Shown here piece after piece: positions 12,810 to 24,738 of a stretch of 64,000 nt of DNA. The first letter of the stretch is position 1. The number at the start of each line of letters is the position of its first letter. The notes under the pieces are model-generated. The model was not told the origin of the DNA. It was given only the letters and a program-made list of their open reading frames with translations, and did not search any database. Origin of the DNA: Dendrobates tinctorius (taxonomy: Eukaryota); the NCBI RefSeq assembly GCF_039654945.1, contig NW_027361671.1:103292001-103356000 (forward strand), written 5' to 3'. The position numbers and the translations under genes are program-made.

Positions 12810-13676
12810 TGTTATGAATGGGAAACCGAGAAGGAAAAAACAAGACAAAAGCTAAGTCTCAGAAAACCAGAGAAGTTGATAACTATGCAGATCCCTGATC
12901 TTAACCGCACAACTAGAAGCAGTCGTGGAGCGTTCCTACGTTGGTCCTAGACGCCTCGTCACAACCGGAGAATTAAATAAGCCTAAAGCAGGAAAAGAGG
13001 AAAACTAACTGCCCCAGAGCAGACCCCAAAGGAGAGACAGCCCCCCACATGTATTGACGGTGAAACAAGATGAAAATACAAACAAAGGCAGGAAAATAGG
13101 CTGAGCAAACGATGGGGCCCGGCTAACTATAAAGGACAGAAAAGGAAAGACACTGTCTGCAATCTGCCAAAAACAACCTACAAAAATATTGTCCAACACT
13201 TCTGATAGCAAAATTAACCCTAAAGTCACTAGACTTCTAAACCTATATCAGCACTCTGAAATATTCTGAGACAGAGCAAAAAAGTGGCCAATTTAATAAG
13301 GGACAAAAGCAGATTGGCAAATACTGATTTAAAGAAGTGGAATTTCAGCATAGACCCAGCAGGGGCAGGCTGATTACACAACAAACTGAATTGACCAACA
13401 AGCGCAAGTGTGAACAATAGCAAAAAACAAACTTAACTTGAGAAGACTGGAAGAGAGCTGAAGTCCAGGACCTAAGAAGCAGACTGAATCACCAGCACCC
13501 GGATAGGGCGTCGGCTGTCTTATATCCAGTCTGATACTCCAGAGATCCAATCGTTATCTTCCTCATCAGGTGGCAGATCACTACCACTTAAACCAACCGC
13601 ACTACCTCCTGTCACCACCAGAGGGAGAACGGAAGGGGAACTCTCAACTGGTGGAGCAGAAAATGAGTTCATGCCA
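12810..13676 (-). repeat. Gypsy LTR 3 (5' LTR)
   Basis: Third LTR copy. TATAAGA on the minus strand at 13524-13518. Followed by TSD ctagtc. Confidence 0.95.
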
Positions 13677-15010
13677 CTAGTCCTCCTCTGACTAGTTCCT
13701 GTGGGTGTCTTGCACTGCTGCATGACAGTCTCTTTACTCACACAGCCGTACACAGTCCAGGATATCCTCCGGTTCGCAGCCGGGCACCATATCCACCTGT
13801 TTTGCAATTATTACACACGCCAGTCTTCTTTCGGGCACAGGACTGTCCACATCCGAGACCAGTGACCGTGGAGGACTTGCATCTCTGTGTACACTGCGGG
13901 TTGCCAGGCCTATCTCTGGCCCTGAAACTCACTAAGCCCTACTCAGATCTACCTAACCCTTTCCTGCAGGGCTTTTATCACAGAAACCTGTGGCTTTCAG
14001 CCACATGGAAAACCTGGATCTGGAATGGGGAACAGACTGCATCACTATCATACTGCAATCTGTTTCAAACACAATATCTAGAGCAGGTTTTCCCTACCTC
14101 TGTCTTGGACACTAACATGTCTAAGACTAACACTTTCTTTTATTATCAGTCTGCATTGCAGTCACAGCTACGCCCGTGACTGCCATGCACACCTATGGCC
14201 TTCATACACCTCCGTGCATATCCTGGGTAGACTACACAGCGACCCCTACCTGTGGCATCTGTCACTGCTTCCCCGTTGAAATCCCAGCTACGACTGTGAC
14301 CGCAATGCATTCCCATAGCCTCAATATGCCTCCATGCGTATCCTGGGGAGAACACACAGCGCCCCCTAGTTTTAATAGGGGTCACTGCCTCACAAGTCAC
14401 ATATAATTACTGCAGACTTTTCTTCTGAGACCAGACAACTCATTTAAACCAGATTTAAGGGGTTGTCTCATCACCAACTCCTTGAAAACATCTAATTTTT
14501 CTGGGGGGAACCCAAGGTCAACCAAGCATTAGAGTGGTACAGTAGAAATATGGTCTTCTTTTTAATACAAGGACTGTTCAAGACCAACAGAACGGGAGCT
14601 TCTTATACAGAAAGCCTCTCCATTCTGGCTCATAGGCGGAAGTTCTTATGGAGACCTTCCTCTATGACATATTTGTGGGAAATAAGGTTTGTGGATAAGG
14701 AATATCTGCATGAACCAACCCTTTTACATTTTTATATCATAAGCAAGGCCACAATTTGCATTTTATAGACTGTTCGTGTCCCAGAGTATGTTACCCATTA
14801 CATTAACTTATCAGTTTATTATGACTCTACTGAGCGCTAGATTGAAGAGGCAGAAGAGGTCATCAGAACGTTGTGCTCCTTTAGCTCTGATTTTCTTAGG
14901 ACAATTTAATAAAAGCTTCTGATGGGTCTCTATGCATGACCTGGAATTTAGGAAATAATAGTTATCCTTCAAGCAAAACGAAAAATTCTTCTGGAATAAG
15001 TATAACTTAC

Positions 15011-15081
15011 ACCTTTTTCTAATGGGTCAAACCACAGCTCATCACCAATTCGTGAAAGAGAGTGAAGCGCTTTTCCAAACA
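15011..15081 (-). CDS. RAD9B: RAD9 checkpoint clamp component B, coding exon 2
   Basis: 71-nt exon, ttttcttAG...GTaagt, encoding [24 protein letters not shown] (Rad9 N-terminus). In phase with exon 1 (34+71=105). Paralogue B assigned from its head-to-head position with VPS29. Confidence 0.9.
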
Positions 15082-15330
15082 CTAAGAAAAGAGACAACAG
15101 AGTAGCTTGATGATATTGTATTAACCAAACAAAACATGCAGAAAACATATCACAGATAAAAACAATATTTATTTAATGTTTCACAAGTAAGCATTGTGAA
15201 TTTAATTAGGTAAAGCTGGCAGAGAATTCATACTGCATATGATTATATCATCCTAAAGGCCTATTACTAGAATCTGGGTGTCTAAACTGCCGGCATATTA
15301 GTCATTACAGAGTGTGCCGCTCAAGAATTC

Positions 15331-18043
15331 CAGTTGTGCTCAAAAGTTTACATACTAAGGCAGAAGTTTTGCTTTCTCTGCCTTTTTTTCAGAAAATATG
15401 AATGATAACACAAAAACTTTTTCTCCAGTCATGGTTAGTGGTTGGGTGAAGCCATTTATTGTCAAACTACTATATTTTCTCTTTTTAATTCATAATGACA
15501 ACACAAAACATTCAAATGACCCTGATCAAAAGTTCACATACCCCATTTCGTAAAGGGAACCGGTCACCTCGTTTTTCCACAATAAGCTGCGGCCACTGCC
15601 TTTCGGGGCTTATCTACAGCATTCTAGAATGCTGTAGATAAGCCCCCGATCTAACCTGAAAGATAAGAAAAACAAGTTTTATTATACTCACCCGGAGGCA
15701 GTCCGGTTCGATGGGCGTCACAGGTCCGTGTACAGCACCTCACATCTTCATGCGATGTCATCTTCCTTGTTTCCTGTCGTGGCTCCTGCACAGACATACT
15801 GATCTGCCCTGTTGAGGGCAGAGCCAAGTACTGCAGTGCGCAGGCACCGGGAAAGGTCAGAGAGTCCCAGCTCCTGCGCACTACTGTACTTGGCTCTGCC
15901 CTCAACAAGGTAGAGTAGTACGCCTGAGATACTTTGAAATAGGCGAGATACTTTGTGGCATTTACGCACTAATGGCTTTCTTCTGGCGACTTGACTATGC
16001 AGTCCATTTTTCTTCAAGTGCCTCCTTATTGTGCATCTTGAAACAGCCACACCACTAGTTTTCAGAGAGTTCAGTATTTCAGCGGATGTTATTTGTGGGT
16101 TTTTCTTTGCATCCCGAACAATTTTCCTGGCAGTTGTGGACAAAATTATTGTTGGTCTACCTGACCGTGGTTTTGTTTTTACAGAGCCCCTGATTTTCCA
16201 TTTGTTAATCACAGTTTGAACACTGCTGACTGGCATTATCAATTCCTTGGATATCTTTTTGCATCCCTTTCCTGTTTTATACAGTTCAACTACCTTTTCC
16301 CGCAGATACGTTGACAATTCTTTTGCTTTCCTCATGACTCACAATCCAGAAACATCAGTGGCAGGATGAAAGATGCAAGAGTCTGTCTGGATCCCAGAAA
16401 CTCACTCAGCCTATATGCACACACACACTTATTACAAGCAAACAGGTCACAGGTGAGGATGTTACCTTTAGTAGCCATTCAAACCCATTTGTGTCAACTT
16501 CTGTGCATGTTATCAGGCCAAAATCACCAGGGTGTGAACTTTTTGATTTGGAGAATCCATTTTGGATTTTAAGTTCAGGACATCTCCTTCAACTCCTGAA
16601 ATGTGCCCCCCTCCCTTGGCATCCCATCAAGGCCAAGTGTTTATCTTTAATTAAAAAGCTAGAAACAAACCCTTTGAAGCTCTTGATACAATGGTGTGAA
16701 ATATTCTGTAGCTGCAAGTCAGCTGGCCCCTTTGTGTGACTAAGCACATGGTACAAGTCGCAGCAAACTCTGAGGTATTGAATCTGGAAAATGACCTCTA
16801 ATACCAGAATGCAATATCTCTGAGACTAGCCGTGCACATAATCTGAATCGCCGTTCCTTTCCCCACGCGCTCATATTATTTAGCCACCTGTAGCACTCTG
16901 GATTATGGAGTTATAAAGCATAGCGAATAGGAATTACATACAGTAGGCTTATTTAGTCCCTATGCGCAGATAAAATCCAGTGGAACCCAGGGGCGGCACA
17001 ACCAACCCATTCAGAGCTTTGGGCGCAAAGTTATGGGCCATCCATGATTCTGGAGATAAAATCATATTCTCAGACATGGGAAGAGGGAGGTAGCACAGCC
17101 CAGGGGTGGCAGAAGACTGTGGGAGGGAACAGCCTATGAGATATAAGGCAGCCACTCATTTTGGACTGAGTTTTTCTAACGGCCGGCGGACACGTTTGCT
17201 GACGCAGCCAGGAAAGCCTGTAACTAAGATTTGGACCTGTGATCCATCAGCGCCTCCCTGTGGTCACATGCTACATAACACGGTAATTGCAACCTATCTA
17301 TACCCAATCCATTGTACTACACTCCTGACTGTATACCTGTATATTGTTCTGTAAATATATGCTTGTATATTTCTAGTGTGCCTTTTAGGCGATTAAATAT
17401 AAAATTAATCTTGCGTTGCGCTTTTATCTCGATTCATGAATACCCATGTCCGCATGCTCGGTTGGTTATATTATATTCTTCCCGGGTTGGTTTCTGATCT
17501 GATATAAGCCTGTTGTCGGACGGGGCTTATGTCGAACGAGTAACTGATGGCAGAATACCGTATTGTTTTAGTGAGGAACTGTGGCAGTGACTGCCGGGAG
17601 GTTTAAATATATATCCCCAGCCTGGACTGGTGATATATATCCCCCCTCACTGGGAGCGCCTCACTAACTCGTACCTATAAGGGAAGTCTTTCCGGCAAAT
17701 ATTTGCCCTCGGTGCAGTTCCCTGATTTACCTGGAGCAATTGGTGGAGCCAGAGAGCCGATCCCTGTGGGTCCTTCTCTCCCCTCCCCCGAGATGAGCGA
17801 AGTCAACGTCCCGCTTCCCCTGTGAGATACCTCACAGGGTCATTTGGATGTTCTGGATTGTCATTCTAATTTAAAGAGAAAACACAGTAGTTTGACAATA
17901 AATGGCTTTACCCAACCGTTGACCATGAGTGGAGAAAAAATGGTTTGGTGTTATCATTCATATTCTCTAAAAAAAAAAAAAAAAAAAAAAAGGCCAAGAA
18001 AGCAAAAATTCTGCCGCAGTATGAAAACTTTTGAGCACAACTG
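15331..18043 (-). mobile_element. Decayed Tc1-like transposon with long (about 210 bp) IR/DR-type TIRs and secondary insertions
   Basis: CAGTTGTGCTCAAAAGTTT...AAACTTTTGAGCACAACTG. Transposase N-terminus MRKAKELS...RSGRP...ARRKP at about 16335-15937; catalytic part missing. A MITE sits at about 15551-15930 and a 1.3-kb insert at about 16548-17835 splits the right TIR. Confidence 0.85.
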
Positions 18044-18700
18044 AAACTGGGCACGAGTCAGAGCTAGCGTCTAGAGAATTAATGAGATTCACATTAGGCT
18101 TGATGTAATAACGAGGAATCCTCGGTATTGGACCCATATGTACTTTAGGTGCAATAGAAATGTATAGATTGAAATGATATCCAAAGAGAAATGTCCTTCA
18201 CTCTCAGTAAGGTGACAATTGCTTTTGTGTTCTTGTCTTTACTCCCTCCCTCTTCCCTTCTCTTTCCCTTCTATGCAGCTTCTTTATTCAACATGTTTTT
18301 TTATTATACAGTACTTGTTTAAAAACTGTTGTAAATTTTAAATAAAAATATTTAAAAAAAAAGTCAACTGTACTGTGCTCGGGTGGTGACGAGTCACAAT
18401 GTCAGGGCTCTTAGCACACTGACCAACTTCTTTGATTTCCACTGCACATCTTATGCCATCACTAGCTGTGTCCAGAAAGATGTAAATCAAGCAAGAATAG
18501 TTGTACTAGCAGCCAGGAAACTGTGGTCCCGATTCATCAAGACCAGCTTTTGTCTGGCAGCTCCCAAACCAACCGCAAGATATAGCAAGCCATCACTGGG
18601 AACTACCCAAGCTAAGGCCATGTGCACACAATGCAGATTTGCAGCGTTTCCGCAGCGGATTTTACCGCGCAGAAACGTTGCATATCCGCATTGTGATGTA

Positions 18701-19918
18701 CACTCACTGGCCACTTTATTAGGTACACCTGTCCAACTGTGTGTTAAGACTTAATTTCTAATCAGCCAATCACATGGCGGCAACTCAGTGCATTTAGGCA
18801 TGTAGACATGGTCAAGACAATCTCCTGCAGTTCAAACCGAGCATCAGTATGGGGAAGAAAGGTGATTTGAGTGCCTTTGAACGTGGCATGATTGTTGGTG
18901 CCAGAAGGGCTGGTCTGAGAATTTCAGAAACTGCTGATCTACTGGGATTTTCACGCACAACCATCTCTAGGGTTTACAGAGAATGGTCCGAAAAAGAAAA
19001 AAAATCCAGTGAGCGGCAGTTCTGTGGCCGGAAATGCCATGTTGATGCCAGAGGTCAGAGGAGAATGGGCAGACTGGTTCGAGCTGATAGAAAGGCAACA
19101 GTGACTCAAATTGCCACCCGTTACAACCAAGGTAGGCAGAAGAGCATCTCTGAACGCACAGTGCGTCGAACTTTGAGGCAGATGGGCTACAGCAGCAGAA
19201 GACCACACTGGGTACCACTCCTCTCAGCTAAGAACAGGAAACTGAGGCTACAATTTGCACAAGCTCATCAAAATTGGACAGTAGATTGGAAAAACGTTGC
19301 CTGGTCTGATGAGTCTCGATTTCTGCTGCGACATTCGGATGGTAGGGTCAGAATTTGGCGTAAACAACATGAAAGCATGGATCCATCCTGCCTTGTATCA
19401 ACGGTTCAGGCTGGTGGTGGTGGTGTCATGGTGTGGGGAATTTTTTCTGGGCACTCTTTGGGCCCCTTGGTACCAATTGAGCATCGTTGCAACGCCACAG
19501 CCTACCTGAGTATTGTTGCTGACCATGTCCATCCCTTTATGACCACAATGTACCCAACATCTGATGGCTACTTTCAGCAGGATAATGCGCCATGTCATAA
19601 AGCTCGAATCATCTCAGATTGGTTTCTTGAACATGACAATGAGTTTACTGTACTCAAATGGCCTCCTCAGTCACCAGATCTCAATCCAATAGAGCATCTT
19701 TGGGATGTGGTGGAACGGGAGATTCGCATCAGGGATGTGCAGCCGACAAATCTGCGCCAACTGTGTGATGCCATCATGTCAATATGGTCCAAAATCTCTG
19801 AGGAATGCTTCCAGCACCTTGTTGAATCTCTGCCATGAAGAATTGAGGCAGTTCTGAAGGCAAAAGGGGGTCCAACCCCTTACTAGCATGGTGTACCTAA
19901 TAAAGTGGCCAGTGAGTG
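18701..19918 (+). mobile_element. Full-length Tc1/mariner transposon, DD36E (Incomer-like)
   Basis: Perfect 29-bp TIRs CACTCACTGGCCACTTTATTAGGTACACC, TA TSD on both sides, 1218 bp long. Confidence 0.95.
18849..19838 (+). CDS. Tc1-family transposase, 329 aa, premature stop 16 codons from the native end
   Basis: HTH N-terminus, WSDES, QQDNA and SPDLNPIEH, with 36 residues between the second D and E. TGA at 19836-19838 is followed in frame by RIEAVLKAKGGPTPY*. Confidence 0.9.
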   Translation: MGKKGDLSAFERGMIVGARRAGLRISETADLLGFSRTTISRVYREWSEKEKKSSERQFCGRKCHVDARGQRRMGRLVRADRKATVTQIATRYNQGRQKSISERTVRRTLRQMGYSSRRPHWVPLLSAKNRKLRLQFAQAHQNWTVDWKNVAWSDESRFLLRHSDGRVRIWRKQHESMDPSCLVSTVQAGGGGVMVWGIFSGHSLGPLVPIEHRCNATAYLSIVADHVHPFMTTMYPTSDGYFQQDNAPCHKARIISDWFLEHDNEFTVLKWPPQSPDLNPIEHLWDVVEREIRIRDVQPTNLRQLCDAIMSIWSKISEECFQHLVESLP

Positions 19919-20999
19919 TACAGTACCTTTAAAATGAATGTAAAAAAAAAAACGCTGTGCAGACGCTGCGGATTTTTCCGCGCGGTTTTCCTGCGGTACA
20001 AAATCCGCAGCATGTTGCTTCTTTTGTGCGGTTTTCTATCTCCCCTGTTACCAAATCCGCAGGGGGAAGACCGCAATGGAAAACCGCACAAAAACCGCAT
20101 GAAAACCGCGTGAAAAATGGAAGAAATCCGCAGGAAAAATGCAGGTCATTTGACCTGCGGTTTTCTTCCATTCTGCACGGAAAAATCCGCAGGGCTCAAA
20201 ACCCCGTCTGCACTCAGCCTAAGAGGTAAGCATTTATACCAGAGGGGAATGGAAAACTCTGAACAGCTGAGAACTCAGGACTGAGAGCTCTAGGAAACAA
20301 ACAGAACTGTTTATCCCTTGCAATAACAGAGCAAGAGAAATCTACACCACTTAACCCTTGCAACACCATAACAAGGGAAATCTGCATAGCTAACTGGAAG
20401 GCAAAGCAGATCCATCCAGTGCAGGAGCACTTGCAGCCAGACGCTGCGATCTGATTCCTCTCTGTCGTGGTATCCCCCTGACCAGCTATGTCTGCAGGCA
20501 ATTAGCGATTATTTTGATGATAAGTTCCCTTTAATAATGACAGAACTATTCCATGTACGTCACAACTTTTTGGCTGCCCGGATGACACTTCCTATAGAGT
20601 TGTGTCAGACACAAGAGTGGCAGTGGCACTGTGTTCATGGGGCACCCTAACTGATAATGGGGCTATAGTTAAGACAATTAAACATGTACCTGAGGGTGGA
20701 GATTAAACTGAGATTCTGTGGCATACAGCATTTATATTTCACCTTTTCCTTTTATTTTTACTTTCTGTAATGGTTGCAGAAGTAAAGTATTTTCTCCAGC
20801 TGTATAGAACAGATTGTACAAAGGGACCACAACAAAATGCTAACACAAAGTATATCATATACTGTACATCACTTTTTTTAAATGGGAGATTTAATCAAAC
20901 CATCATGGTGACAATGGATTAGTGTGGATATACAGCAACACATCTTATATAGCCACAAATGTGAAGCTGCAAGAAAAAAAAAAAAAAGTTGATCCTTAA

Positions 21000-21637
21000 G
21001 GCCGGGGTCACACTAACCGACGCAAAATACGGTCAGAATTTTACATGCGTAATACGGATGAATGGCCCCTAAACAGTGCTCCGTATGTCATCCGTAAGCA
21101 AGGTGTGTTCGCGTATTTTGCGCATGTAAGCATCCACATGTAATCCGTGTGGCATCCGTATGGCGAGATTTTCTCGCAGGCTTGCAAAATGGACATATAA
21201 TGGAGCCCTATGACAGGTTTTATAACACAAACCAAAGAATAGATATAGACACATAGAATACATATATATATATATGTGTATTCTACGTGTCTATAGCTAT
21301 TCTTTCGTTTCTTTATTAAACCTGTCAGTGTGAGTTTACTGTATAGCGCACTGAATTGCCGGCTTTGCTAAAAGACACCGGGTGCGTATTTCTCGCAAGT
21401 CACACGTGTGGTCCGTGTGTAATCCGTATTTTTTGCGCACCTATAGACTTGCATTGGCGTACTACGGCCGTAGTACGCTGACAATCGCAGCATGCTGCGA
21501 TTGGCACGGACCGTAGAATACGGATGAGAAATATACGCCTGGTGCGAGTGACCCCATAGAGAATCATTGATCCGTGTCTAATGCGTGCTTTTAGCGCCTC
21601 TCACTCGGCCGTATTCCTCGCCAGTGTGACCCCGGCC
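21000..21637. mobile_element. Harbinger-like MITE
   Basis: TIRs GGCCGGGGTCACACT / AGTGTGACCCCGGCC with TWA flanks. Confidence 0.75.
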
Positions 21638-21640
21638 TTA

Positions 21641-22251
21641 GGCCTGTTTCACACTTCAGTTTTTCCTTTCAGTCCGAATCCGCCAAAATAGCGGAAAACG
21701 GATCCACAGGAGGACTGACAGGAACGGGTGGCATTGGATCGGCGGATGTACGGATCCGCCGAAGTTGAAAAATTAAAGGAACCGCGCCTGTGAAAAAAAA
21801 AAAAAAATTAAAAATACCGGCGATGTAGCGCAGTCCGGGAGCGGGTATGGTGACGCGGGAGCTGTGGGCACGGCGGGATCATCAGCGGTGATGTAGCGGG
21901 AGCAGCAGCGGTGTCGTGGAGAAGGTGCCGTAAAGGAGTGACGATGTAGAGGGAGAGAGAGATTTATCCATCCATCCAGCAGCCAGATAGAAATGCGGGT
22001 TAATTTAGTAAATAGCGGATGCGGAGAACAAAATAACGTTACATGCTCCGTCCGGGCCGCTGAGCGGACGCCAAAATCTTGGCAGATCCATACAAAAGCG
22101 GATCGAACGGACGACCATCTGTCAAGATCCGCCGATAATGCAAGTCTATGAGGAAAAAAACGGATCCGTCAAGTAAAATGGCGGATCCGTTTTTTTTTTT
22201 CAAATTGGCGGATCTTGACTGAGGGTCACAAACGTAAGTGTCAAACAGGCC
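21641..22251. mobile_element. Harbinger-like MITE abutting the previous one
   Basis: tta-GGCCTGTTTCACACTT...AAGTGTCAAACAGGCC-taa with cggatccg internal motifs. Confidence 0.7.
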
Positions 22252-23843
22252 TAAAGGGATTGTTCACTACTAGGACAACCCCTTCTCACTCCCCACGCTT
22301 GGTCCCGATAAAATAAAAAAGGTTATACTCACCTCCCGTGCCTTTCATGTTCAGTTTGTCTGAAGGCGGAGACGGTGATGTCAGTGCTGATTGGGCGCTG
22401 GGCTCACGTATCACAACAACCGCACTGGAGCCCCGGGGAAAGCGAGTGGTGACACAGCGGGAGTGGTGACAGCGTGAGAGGTGAATTTAAGTTTTTATAT
22501 TTTATTGGGGCCAAGCGTGGGGTATGACAAAGAGTTGTAGTGGACAACTTCTTTAAGGGCTCACACTGGTGAGTTGCCAGCGTATAAGTCACACAACTGA
22601 TATCTGAAGTTTCATCAGATAGCACTCGCTTCAATGTTATACCATGGAGCATTCCCGACTAGCGTTTAGTTTCTCATGTCGGAGTCCGCATAAGAAAAAA
22701 AAGAATTGCTGCATGCAGAAATTGGCACGCATCCATACAAGTCTATGGGTGCGAGCAAAACATCGGGCAGCACTTGGATGCCATCTGAGTGCAGTCCAAT
22801 ATATGCTGACTCACAGACTGGATGAGATGGAGAAATGAAGTTGTCCATCTTCTCCGCACCTGTAATGTGATTCTCACATGCGAGAGAATTGGATCACAGT
22901 AAAATGACACTCGGATCACACTCGCAGCAGAGTTTCAGCCGAGGGTCATTTACATTTAGCCTCCTATGCTCTCGGGAGAGACAATCATCAGATGCTACTC
23001 GCCAGTGTGCGCAAACCCTTAATAAATTTGTGTGTGTATAAAAAATAAATCACAGAATCATGTCACAGGACATTTTTGATCCAAGTCAAAATTACCGGTC
23101 TATGATAAATTTCGGACAGCACATGGGGCCATCAGCAGGCTGTCTGTGATTAACACTGTACCATATAAAGCTTTAGGCTGGGGTAACACTTGCAAGTGCA
23201 ATGTGATAAACTTGCGCGAGTCTTGCGCATCAATACCCGGCACAGCCGCCGGCGGTTCGGACTGGAGGGTTCAGCTGCATAGAAAGACATAGGCGCACAC
23301 TCTGGTCCTGAGTGCCGGCGGCAGTGTCAGGCATTGATGCAAGTTTCTTGCAAGTGTGACCCCGGCCTTACAATTTATCTCACACTAATGTTAAAAAGTG
23401 ACACTGACCAAACACTGATCAAAATCAGACTCTTCTCTGTGTAAGAGAAAAATCATGGAGGTCTGAATGAGGTCTTATTCATGCATATCAGAGAACAGGA
23501 TGTAAGGAACGGCGCACCCAACGATGCCAGCTTCCCTAGTTTCGCAGATTAGTGCTAGAGGTGGGACCCTCGTCTAACGTACGTGTGGTGTACCCTGGGA
23601 TATGCCAGAAATTTCTCACAGACCATTTTCAGACCGCTCGGCACCATGTGAGACAAAGCCAACTACAGCTATCCAGGCTCCCAAACTGTTGTCAGACGCC
23701 ATCTTGGGCAGTCGCTGCCATAATTAGTCTTCTTTGATAGGTGACATCCTGATTTCTAGCAGCACAGGGGATCTTACTGTCAGACATTATTTCATCCTGA
23801 GTAGCCGGATCTGGGGTACGGCCGGCTGACTGGTTATAGAGCC

Positions 23844-24464
23844 CTAGATGGAGGCGCGATGCTCTCGCATCGGGAGGGCACAGTGCTCTGTACGCAGGAT
23901 TTCCATTACAGAGAGATATTCTCACCTTCCGACAGCCCCCGATCTGCTCTCCACACTCCCGGCATCTTCCGGTCCCAGTAATGCTTAGCGAGAAGGACCA
24001 GAGATGACGTCACTCTCGCGACAGCGCGACGTCATCAGCGGTCTTTCGCGCAAAGCATTACTGGGACCGGAAGAAGCCGGGCGCGTGGTAAGAGGAGGGA
24101 AAGAGTCCAGGGGCCGTCGGAAGGTGAGTATATCACTATTTTTTATTTTAATTCTATTTTTTTTTTACAGGTTTATAGTACCCAGGGCCTGGAGGAGTCT
24201 CCTCTCCTCCGGACCCTGGGTACCATCCGCACATTGAGCGCTGCGCCGGTCATCTCCCGGCTGCATCGCCGCTGACCTCAGTGTGGCAGATGACCCGCGT
24301 CCACCGCCGCAGATCTCCCGACGGTAGCGGTGGCGTGCATCGTTCAAATGCCGCACCAATTCACAGCTGGACTGTGCCTGTCGCTGATCGGTCGCGGCCA
24401 GCCGGGCGCGACCAATAAGCGACGGGGGATTTCCGTTACAGACAGAATTAGACGATTATATAGA
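23844..24464 (-). mobile_element. Non-autonomous Helitron
   Basis: Minus strand begins A|TCTATATAATCGTCTAA and ends with hairpin cgatgc-gaga-gcatcg followed by CTAG; no TSD. Confidence 0.7.
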
Positions 24465-24704
24465 TTAGAAAAACAGCGCCACTTCTGTCCACAGTTTGTG
24501 GGGGGTATTGCAGCCTAGCCCTAGAATAAGGCTACAGTTCCCTCACATTTGATCTAGGCGGTGTGATGTGAAAGAAGCCATCAGCCCAAACCGCACGCAC
24601 TGTGGACACAGAGACATTGGATATTATTGAGCCAATGGCCTAATTGTGCTCAGCTCAGGCAGGGTGAGATGGCGGCAGGGACTACTAGCCTTACACCTTG
24701 CTAC

Positions 24705-24738
24705 CTTTCAAGTGTCCTCCTGGAATGACACACTTCAT
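24705..24738 (-). CDS. RAD9B: RAD9B coding exon 1
   Basis: ATG AAG TGT GTC ATT CCA GGA GGA CAC TTG AAA G|gtag encodes MKCVIPGGHLK(V), matching the Rad9 start (human RAD9A MKCLVTGGNVKV); 34 nt. Confidence 0.88.

Larger units (their letters stand above)
2733..13676 (-). mobile_element. Tandem Ty3/Gypsy chromovirus (Tf1/sushi-like): LTR-internal-LTR-internal-LTR
   Basis: Three LTRs of about 870 bp (TGTTATGAA...TTCATGACA) and two near-identical 4.2-kb internal regions. TSD ctagtc at 2727-2732 and 13677-13682. PPT (poly-C on plus) follows 3607 and 8636. Confidence 0.95.
2413..14394 (-). mobile_element. 5' LTR of the Gmr1-like element (2413-2732 plus 13683-14394), split by the 10.9-kb Gypsy insertion
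   Basis: Termini TGTAAGGCAG...CTGCCTCACA form an inverted pair. Rejoined, the two halves reproduce the uninterrupted sequence at 1-776. Confidence 0.85.
18616..20219. mobile_element. Harbinger/PIF-like MITE hosting the Tc1 insertion
   Basis: taa-GGCCATGTGCACAC...GTCTGCACTCAGCC-taa with ccgc/gcgg-rich internal repeats; a relative lies at 54556-54899. Confidence 0.65.

Noticed and set aside
14400-15000. Possible RAD9B exon 3
   Set aside because: No VNSSRSAY-like peptide with splice sites found on the minus strand.
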